Assembly (NCBI GenBank): GCA_051747805.1
Contig: JBNJGP010000082.1
Location: forward strand, 1-10,986
Source: Candidatus Muiribacteriota bacterium
GTDB taxonomy: Bacteria; Muiribacteriota; Muiribacteriia; Muiribacteriales; Muiribacteriaceae
Direction: 5' to 3'
Length of the DNA: 10,986 nt
Shown here: positions 1-6,560 of the stretch, one piece after another
Position numbering within the stretch: the stretch's first letter is position 1
Layout: each line of letters opens with the position of its first letter
Notes under the pieces: model-generated
Database searches by the model: none
Seen by the model: only the letters and a program-made list of their open reading frames with translations
Told to the model about the DNA's origin: nothing
Translations under genes and position numbers: made by a program

Positions 1-248
1 GTGAGGGACTTATAGGTATTTTAAGCAAAAACAGAATCAGCAGAATGGAATACACCAGGCCTGCGGTGCAGATGGCTTTTACATCTTTTTTCAGTGGTTA
101 GCTTCTGATTTCATTTTTACAATTTACAATTCTATATGTTTTAGTTTTACGTAGCTTGTATTTTGGAATTTCTTGGTTCATTTTGGAAGATGGGATTCAT
201 TAAGCGCTTACTTACGATTTAAATAAAATTATTTTGGACAACAGTAAA

Positions 249-341
249 ATCGACTGTAAATAAAATATCTATTTCATTATTTTCAATTTTTGTTAAAGCT
301 TCACTTCTTTTTAATTCAAAACAGCTGTGAATATCTGCTGT
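249..341 (-). pseudogene. Probable relic fragment of an SF2 (ResIII/DEAD-box-type) helicase C-terminal domain
   Basis: Minus-strand translation after the TAA at 344-342 reads TADIHSCFELKRSEALTKIENNEIDILFTVD. This resembles the 'A.HS....R.EAL..LE.GEIDILFxVD(LFNEGxD)' segment that leads into helicase motif V. There is no start codon, and the expected LFNEG continuation is replaced by FTVVQNNFI* (stop at 221-219). Confidence 0.45.
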
Positions 342-343
342 TT
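319..343. terminator. Possible weak hairpin/terminator downstream of the MTase gene
   Basis: AAACAGC (319-325) and GCTGTTT (337-343) form a 7-bp inverted repeat with an 11-nt loop and A/T runs on both sides, about 165 bp after the MTase stop. The stem is weak and overlaps the putative helicase relic, so it may be chance. Confidence 0.2.
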
Positions 344-507
344 ATTTTGAAATAAAACTTTTCATTGCAGTCCCGGCAGATGCTTTGACTGAATTCTGTA
401 TCATAATTCTTGCACACCTTAAATTATTACAAAGGCAGGGAGCATTAGGTGGAAGAACACAAATTAATTTTTTAGTATCTAAGTTTAAATGAAAAACTTT
501 TGATAAA

Positions 508-2112
508 TTAATATGTTTTCTCAATAGCACTAAAAATAATTTTTGCAATTTGATAAGCTAAATATGGAGGTACAGCATTACCAACCTGTTGATATTGTGC
601 AGTTCTTGGACCGCAAAAAATATAATTATCAGGAAACGTCTGTATTCTGGCTGCCTCTCTTACTGTTAAACTTCGGCATTGATCAGGATCGTAATGGATA
701 AAATAATGCCCATCTTTTGAGATATGACTTGTTATTGTTGATGCTGGACTACCAGAAATCTGAACCCTGAATCTATCAGCAAAGTTTCCTGTATTAGAAT
801 TACTATGATCAGGCATTAAATCAGAGCTAAACTTTTTATACTCATTCAACTTTGGAAACCTATCATAAGCAGAAGCAAACATACTGCTAAACATATACCT
901 TTTCAAATCCTCAACCAAATGGGTTCTTGACTGATGATTACATACTCCTTTTAATTTATCATCTAAAAACCATGAACCTAAAATACTATTTTGAGGTTTC
1001 CTTCCATAGATTCGTACAAATTCTCCACCAGTACCGTACTTGGGTAACTTAATGAGATCATTATAATGTTTTTTAGCAAATTCATTCCAGCTCATAATTT
1101 CTTTTCTAAACGAATTAACGTATTGTAACCATTCCGAGTCTGTATTGTTAATTTTTTTATAAATTCTCTTCTTTTTACCATCTTTAAATATACTTTTATC
1201 AAAAGTTCTATTTAAACCACTCCTTATTGCTGGTAAATCTTCAATAACCTCTTTTATAGGAATATTTTGCTTTTTTTCTAAAAGTTTATCAGGCTCAATT
1301 TGTATATCTGCTCTTACCCCCAAAAGAATAACCCTGTGCCTTTTCTGAGGCACTCCGTAACATTCTGATTTTATCAAATAATCATTATCAGAACTGTAAA
1401 CAGGAAAACCATTTTCGTCATACTCTACCGGTTCTTTTACAAGTGAAAAAACCTTATAATATGAAGATGTTATGTTTTTAAAAGCTAAAGCTGGCTGTCT
1501 TAAATCGTTTAAAATAAGTGAAAAAAGACTTTCCCCTTTAACTTTAGCAGACAATAATCCTTTAACATTTTCCATAACAAAAAATGTAGGTTTATGTACG
1601 GCAATAATTCTAAGATACTCTTTATAAAGATATACTCGAATGTCATCAGGATCAATTCCTCCAACCCTTGACCGGCCTGCTAATGAATAGGCTTGGCATG
1701 GAGGTCCTCCAATAAGAACCCAATGTTGATTAGATTTTATGCAAGCCTGAATTTTTTCATCTACTAGTTTAGTAACTTTTGGGTTTGAAGAAAGTTCTTT
1801 CAGAAATGATTCCTTTTCAACAGCTTCTGCCTCATACCTATAGGTTCGAAATAATTCAGTTTTGATATTATCTCTTGTTTTATTATCTACAGATTCAAGA
1901 ACATCATAATATTTATCCGGAGCTTTACCTAAAGGAAATTTTCTAAAAAAACTTCTTAATTTAAGAGTTTGATAAGCATAGAAGTCTTTTTCTATAGATA
2001 GCTTTATATCAAAAACTCTTTCATCATTTTTTATTACAGAAGAAAAGCCCTCTCCCAAACCTCCGGGCCCCGCAAATAAATCAATTACGGGTATTTTTTT
2101 AAACTCTGACAT
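508..2112 (-). CDS. dcm: DNA (cytosine-5)-methyltransferase (Dcm-like; occupies the DrmMII role)
   Basis: The main C5-MTase motifs occur in order: I DLFAGPGG, IV GGPPCQAYS (catalytic PC), VI VMENVKG, VIII PQKRHRV, IX RSLTVREAARIQTFP, X QQVGNAVPP. It is 534 aa and overlaps the vsr 3' end by 28 nt. Confidence 0.97.
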   Translation of the reverse strand: MSEFKKIPVIDLFAGPGGLGEGFSSVIKNDERVFDIKLSIEKDFYAYQTLKLRSFFRKFPLGKAPDKYYDVLESVDNKTRDNIKTELFRTYRYEAEAVEKESFLKELSSNPKVTKLVDEKIQACIKSNQHWVLIGGPPCQAYSLAGRSRVGGIDPDDIRVYLYKEYLRIIAVHKPTFFVMENVKGLLSAKVKGESLFSLILNDLRQPALAFKNITSSYYKVFSLVKEPVEYDENGFPVYSSDNDYLIKSECYGVPQKRHRVILLGVRADIQIEPDKLLEKKQNIPIKEVIEDLPAIRSGLNRTFDKSIFKDGKKKRIYKKINNTDSEWLQYVNSFRKEIMSWNEFAKKHYNDLIKLPKYGTGGEFVRIYGRKPQNSILGSWFLDDKLKGVCNHQSRTHLVEDLKRYMFSSMFASAYDRFPKLNEYKKFSSDLMPDHSNSNTGNFADRFRVQISGSPASTITSHISKDGHYFIHYDPDQCRSLTVREAARIQTFPDNYIFCGPRTAQYQQVGNAVPPYLAYQIAKIIFSAIEKTY

Positions 2113-2522
2113 ATAATTTTTTCATATAAATTTTGTAATGTAATATCCACATTATTATTTTTTAATTCACATTCCCATACTAAGATATTTTTCCAACCCA
2201 ATTTTTTCAAAAGTAAATAATTTTCTTTATCTCTTTCAATTGTTCTGTTTATCTTTTCCGCCCACCATTTATGTTTATTTTTTGGTACTACAAAATGTTT
2301 ACACCCTTCATGACCATGCCAAAAACAACCATGAACATGAATAGTGGTTTTATATTTTGGTAAAACAATATCTGGCCTACCTGGTAATTTTTTTTCATGT
2401 AAACGAAATCTGAATCCTTTGGAATGAAGATATTTGCGAACAATTAGTTCAGGCTTCGTATCCTTACCTTTAATTCTGCTCATGTTATAACTTCTGGTAT
2501 TTTTATCATGAACATCAACCAT
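2085..2522 (-). CDS. vsr: Very short patch repair (G:T mismatch) endonuclease
   Basis: N-terminal MVDVHDKNTRSYNMSRIKGKDTKPE, plus LPGRPDIV, HGCFWHGH and LVWEC motifs. It is 145 aa and directly upstream of a C5 MTase, the canonical context. Confidence 0.97.
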   Translation of the reverse strand: MVDVHDKNTRSYNMSRIKGKDTKPELIVRKYLHSKGFRFRLHEKKLPGRPDIVLPKYKTTIHVHGCFWHGHEGCKHFVVPKNKHKWWAEKINRTIERDKENYLLLKKLGWKNILVWECELKNNNVDITLQNLYEKIICQSLKKYP

Positions 2523-2532
2523 CTATTCTTTT

Positions 2533-2539
2533 ACCTTCC
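2533..2539 (-). promoter_or_regulatory. Putative ribosome-binding site for vsr
   Basis: GGAAGGT on the minus strand, 10 nt upstream of the ATG at 2522. Confidence 0.45.
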
Positions 2540-2614
2540 ATATAAATTTCAAAACTCATTTTTAATAAACGAAAAAGCACCTAAAACTACAAAAAAACTT
2601 TTTAATTAAATATT

Positions 2615-2635
2615 AAAATAGAATCAATCTATTTT
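2615..2635. promoter_or_regulatory. Inverted repeat upstream of vsr-dcm, possible operator overlapping a -35-like hexamer
   Basis: AAAATAGA-atcaa-TCTATTTT has perfect 8-bp arms and a 5-nt spacer. Minus-strand TTGATT (2627-2622) lies at its centre, with TAAAAA 17 nt downstream. The AT-rich context lowers significance. Confidence 0.25.
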
Positions 2636-2650
2636 TTTCTGTTAAATAAA

Positions 2651-2828
2651 CTATCTCGCTTTTGCTATTATTTCTTTTCATTCAATTGTTTGCTTATAAG
2701 AAAAATCCTGCCTCTTTTATATCATTACCTATATTTTTATAAATCAGGACCTGTAATAATTTATAGCTATCTGACTACTTAGCCCACATTGAATGATCAA
2801 TTTTGGGCAGGGGCATAGAAATAAGCTC
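2651..2828 (-). pseudogene. Probable decayed C-terminal extension of the AIPR gene
   Basis: Reading on in frame past the AIPR TAA gives ELISMPLPKIDHSMWAK*SDSYKLLQVLIYKNIGNDIKEAGF. After a 1-nt shift in the T5 run (2705-2701) it continues SYKQTIE*KEIIAKAR*. The S.WAK...Q..I...IG.....S.KQ.....I...A spacing matches my recollection of the helical tail on longer AIPR homologues (not verified by search). Confidence 0.45.
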
Positions 2829-4655
2829 TTATATAATTTGAATTTCCTCATCCTGATTCACAGATAAATTTTTTATGTAGCTATCGAATAAATCAGTCTC
2901 ATTATCATTAAAAAACTTTACAACTGATGGCATTTTTTTTGCTTTTAACTGATTCCAACAATCTTCTTTCTTACACCATTCTGTAATATTTCTTCCACCT
3001 GGTGGACTTGTAATATGCGAATGAACGATATGAGATATTTTTTTTATTACTTCAGATAAGTTTGCAGATAAGGTTTGATTCTTCCAAACCTTATCAAAAT
3101 TTATTGCCTGGTCTGTTTTATAAGAAAGAAGAGCAATAGCATATGTAACTATATTAGCCCTGTAACCTCCAAACTTTTGTGCAGAAACTAGTTTTTCTGT
3201 TTCTTTAAAAAGAATACCCTTTGCAATTAAATTTTTAAAATAAATATCATCCGCTTTAATTGACTTTTTTTCAGCTAAACGCAACGTAAAATCCCTAAAG
3301 TTTTTCTGAGCTCCAAGACTTACTATCCATGGCAATTGTTCCCATGTATTTTCAAACTTTGCCAAATCTGTTTTTGTTATTTTTTGTTTTGAAGGATTTT
3401 CTGCTGAAAACTTTTTCTTTTGGGCCGGTGTAAGCTTAGATTTTTCATCATTGTATTGCCCGCGTGCCCGCTCATAAAACCAATGGGTCTGTTGGTTACT
3501 ACCTGGTAAAGGAGGAGCCCAGATGCTTCTTGACATTTCTTCTACTTTTATATGAAATGGATCGTTTGCATAAAAATCTGCATCATTAACTTTATTCTGA
3601 CTATTTGAAAATTTTGAAATAAGAGGCACAATTTCACTAACCTTATCTTTATTGTTGACAATACATATTTTAGCCTGAACAAAAGCACCGGTAAGTTCAA
3701 CTTTATCCTTTTTGGCAGTATGGTATAAGGAAGCTGTTGTCTGCCCACCGTTTACTATCTGAAAATCCTTTAGATACCTTATAAATATCCCGCTGCCGGT
3801 TTTCTCAAATTTTATATCTTCTGCTGTACCGGTTATACCGTTGTTAAAAGCAAGAAACATTTCAGGTTTTGTATTTAATGTACGCCTTATCCCCTTATTC
3901 ACATTCCCCCTTGCCTGTAAAAAAGATCTTACATTTCGCTCCAACAATCTTGCACCATATCTTTCATAAAGGTCTGAAAGTATTTTAGCATGAAACACAG
4001 CAAGTACAGTCTTATAGTCTGGATTGTTATCACCTGTTTCAAGACATGGAATCATATGAGAAAATTCTTTAACAAAATCTATTTCAATTGGTTCTCTTTT
4101 TTTACCAGAGCTTAGCATCTGATATAATCGGTTGATGTCCCATATGTTATATGAAATAGTTAAACTATCTGTTTTTTTCACAGGAATAGTCAAAGGCTTG
4201 CTTCTGCAGTCTGTAAAAAGAAAAAAACGCACATTTTTAAGCAAGTTCCTTCTTTCATGAATTAATAAAGCCAGATCAAGAACAGGAGAACTTTCTTCTA
4301 TTAAATTAAAGTACCCTCCATTTCGGCATTTTTTAAAAAAATTTTCTGCTTTTTGAAATTCACTTTCAATCTTTTTCTGACTGATTGATTGAGAAGGTTC
4401 TTTCCCGGAGCAAATAACAATAAACAGATCAAGAGAGTCCTTATCTGAACCATAGCTATAACCGTTAATTTTGATACCTTTTCTCTTATGTTCAAAAACT
4501 TCACCATCATCAATCTCTGCAGCCTCTGTTAAATATTCAATCAAAATTTCTGCAAAGCAACTGTCCCAGTTCAAGCCAGAATCATTAGCAACCAAACCTC
4601 TGATTTCATTATTAATATCTGACAAAAAACTATCTATAGATTTACCATCATACAT
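2829..4655 (-). CDS. AIPR family protein (abortive infection phage resistance domain) with N-terminal domain
   Basis: AIPR signatures LLERNVRSFLQ, PEMFLAFNNGIT, FQIVNGGQTTASL and SNSQNKV, followed by WFYERARGQY, KTDLAKF and NITEWCKKEDCW. It is 608 aa with an AGGAG RBS 7 nt upstream. Confidence 0.93.
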   Translation of the reverse strand: MYDGKSIDSFLSDINNEIRGLVANDSGLNWDSCFAEILIEYLTEAAEIDDGEVFEHKRKGIKINGYSYGSDKDSLDLFIVICSGKEPSQSISQKKIESEFQKAENFFKKCRNGGYFNLIEESSPVLDLALLIHERRNLLKNVRFFLFTDCRSKPLTIPVKKTDSLTISYNIWDINRLYQMLSSGKKREPIEIDFVKEFSHMIPCLETGDNNPDYKTVLAVFHAKILSDLYERYGARLLERNVRSFLQARGNVNKGIRRTLNTKPEMFLAFNNGITGTAEDIKFEKTGSGIFIRYLKDFQIVNGGQTTASLYHTAKKDKVELTGAFVQAKICIVNNKDKVSEIVPLISKFSNSQNKVNDADFYANDPFHIKVEEMSRSIWAPPLPGSNQQTHWFYERARGQYNDEKSKLTPAQKKKFSAENPSKQKITKTDLAKFENTWEQLPWIVSLGAQKNFRDFTLRLAEKKSIKADDIYFKNLIAKGILFKETEKLVSAQKFGGYRANIVTYAIALLSYKTDQAINFDKVWKNQTLSANLSEVIKKISHIVHSHITSPPGGRNITEWCKKEDCWNQLKAKKMPSVVKFFNDNETDLFDSYIKNLSVNQDEEIQII

Positions 4656-4662
4656 ATCGCAA

Positions 4663-4667
4663 CTCCT
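4663..4667 (-). promoter_or_regulatory. Ribosome-binding site for the AIPR gene
   Basis: AGGAG in the 15-nt drmB-AIPR spacer (TAA atcAGGAGttgcgat ATG). Confidence 0.7.
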
Positions 4668-4670
4668 GAT

Positions 4671-6560
4671 TTACTCCAGAAATTTATTAAAGAAACCTGT
4701 CTCAGTATTTTCAAAAGTACCGGTAACCAGACCACGATCCAGAAAACGATTTCGCATTTCACAGGCAGTTTCAGGTACGAGAGCACAGTTATGGCACGCT
4801 GCAAGATTGCATGATTCAGGTCCCTGGCCTGATTTACCCATTTCCATACAAACAGGATCCGCAGAACACCAGTATGCATTTTCCATAGTTTTTTTCAAAA
4901 GGGGTTCAAAGAGTTCTGTTTTTCCCATTCTCACAAGCCCGCCAAAAGTGCCTTCGGAATCTCCTGAAGCTGTATAAATAAGTAAACCTGCCACAAAATT
5001 ATCTTTATCAAATGAGAAGTAAAGTCTCTCTCTTAATGCTGCAGAACTGTACCCACATTGATAAGTTAGCTGATTCATAAGCAGATGTGAAAAAGTATGA
5101 ATCATAACCATTACGGGATGAATTTTGTTTTCTTGCTCATAACATCTTAGCTTTTCGGAATTTTTATTAAGAATTTTAAGACGCTTGGCAATTTCACTTT
5201 TACCAGAACCAGAAATCCAATCTTTTATTTTTTCTTTTCTGAATTCAAAAAATAGACCTTCTCCATAAACTTTCACACCCGGAAGCCATAAATTTTCCTT
5301 ATCAGGAGGATTAAGCCACAGCTTATCTTCATCTATTTCAAAATCTACAGGTGGAGCTAAACGGGAAAATCCAAGAAAAGCTCTTGTCTCCCGAAGTTTT
5401 TCAATCAACATTATATTGGAAAAATAATCCTGAACTTTTAATGAATATTTTTTCAGATCAGCTTTTTTTGATTTAAGCTCTGGTAAATCCCATTCCTGAC
5501 AAATACTTTTATATTCTTCAAGTCTGAAGTCTGTTTCATCAAAACAGCTTTCTTTCTCTGTTTTACCTTCTTTTTCACCTAAAAGCTTAAAATATTCAGC
5601 TATTCCTCTGCACAATAAGTCATCTTCATAATAACTAAAACCAAGTTCATCTTTTTTTAGAGCTTTTAAAATTTTTTTTGTTTTCATTTCCGATGATTCA
5701 TCACTAAAAATGTCTATCAATAACTCAATTGTTTCACTTATTGACGGCTTTTCAAATCTGACAATTAATTCCGATAATAAAGGATCTGTTTTTTTTGATT
5801 CTTTCAGAAGTTTAGGTATAAAAATTGAACTAAAAACTTTAGGAAAATAAATATTTGATGCATTTCGTAAAGCCCCTCTTATATTATTTCCGCAACCACT
5901 ACCTTTGTCATCACTATTCCATATTTGTACCCCTTGACATTTAAATTTATCACTTTTTATACTTAAATTTCCATAAGTAATACCTTCGAGGCTATGTTTA
6001 CTGTTACATTTTTTACACTTAACGAATATACTGCCGAGCGTATTACCTGAGGTTTCGTAGAGGTATAAATCATCACCATTACAGGATGGTTTCATTAACT
6101 GATGAGCCCATTCATTCCAGGGAAATTCCATTATATGACCTTCTTCACAAACAGAAATAAAACGGACCTGTACCATTTTTTTTTCCCCACAGTCCGGGCA
6201 TTCCAACTCATTACTTCTTCCCTGATATGTCATAGAAGTTTTTTTCATTTTTCCGCAACCGATACAATAATGCCAAGTGGGAAATCTCAAAAAAGGAATT
6301 GTTTTGCCCGGATTAGATGGTTTTATCCCTTGATTTCTGCGTCTGTAGTCAGGTGGTAACCTTAACTCTTTTACCTGAAGATATCTGTTAAGTCTCCACT
6401 CATCTTTAATTCTGTATTCCTCAACATCATCAGGCAACCCCTTAAACCAGTAATCCAGACCGCAACAAATAAGAGAAACTCTATAACGATCAGTATGTAT
6501 AGAACCCGGTCCAAAAGGGGTGATTACCTGTGCCTGTCTGACAGGGCCTCTTTCTGACAT
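4671..6560 (-). CDS. drmB: DUF1998-domain helicase-associated protein (DISARM DrmB-like)
   Basis: N-terminal VRQAQVITPFGPGSI, CxxC pairs (CIGC, CPDC, CKKC) and RFISVCEEGHIMEFPW. The C-terminal DUF1998 region contains HTFSHLLM, YTASGDSEGTFGGL and WCSADPVC...AACHNCALVPETACEMRNRFLDR. The start overlaps the drmA stop (TAATG), with an AAGGTGA RBS at 6570-6564. Confidence 0.9.
   Translation of the reverse strand: MSERGPVRQAQVITPFGPGSIHTDRYRVSLICCGLDYWFKGLPDDVEEYRIKDEWRLNRYLQVKELRLPPDYRRRNQGIKPSNPGKTIPFLRFPTWHYCIGCGKMKKTSMTYQGRSNELECPDCGEKKMVQVRFISVCEEGHIMEFPWNEWAHQLMKPSCNGDDLYLYETSGNTLGSIFVKCKKCNSKHSLEGITYGNLSIKSDKFKCQGVQIWNSDDKGSGCGNNIRGALRNASNIYFPKVFSSIFIPKLLKESKKTDPLLSELIVRFEKPSISETIELLIDIFSDESSEMKTKKILKALKKDELGFSYYEDDLLCRGIAEYFKLLGEKEGKTEKESCFDETDFRLEEYKSICQEWDLPELKSKKADLKKYSLKVQDYFSNIMLIEKLRETRAFLGFSRLAPPVDFEIDEDKLWLNPPDKENLWLPGVKVYGEGLFFEFRKEKIKDWISGSGKSEIAKRLKILNKNSEKLRCYEQENKIHPVMVMIHTFSHLLMNQLTYQCGYSSAALRERLYFSFDKDNFVAGLLIYTASGDSEGTFGGLVRMGKTELFEPLLKKTMENAYWCSADPVCMEMGKSGQGPESCNLAACHNCALVPETACEMRNRFLDRGLVTGTFENTETGFFNKFLE

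Noticed and set aside
201..210. Perfect palindrome TAAGCGCTTA (and a TTTACAA tandem at ~116-129)
   Set aside because: These are short, isolated elements with no associated promoter, att site or repeat context, and are compatible with chance.
342..548. 68-aa minus-strand ORF overlapping the MTase 3' end
   Set aside because: It starts 41 nt inside dcm with no clear RBS and no recognisable family. It is better treated as part of a decayed region than as an intact gene.
508..2522. Simple type II RM system
   Set aside because: No cognate restriction endonuclease gene is recognisable next to the MTase; Vsr is a repair nickase.
3548..4879. Short minus-strand alternative-frame ORFs (3548-3748, 4301-4513, 4634-4879)
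   Set aside because: They are nested in, or straddle, the well-supported AIPR and drmB genes in other frames and have no independent evidence.
4471..4977. 168-aa plus-strand ORF
   Set aside because: It is antisense to drmB and AIPR, Ser-rich, and has no motifs; a shadow ORF.
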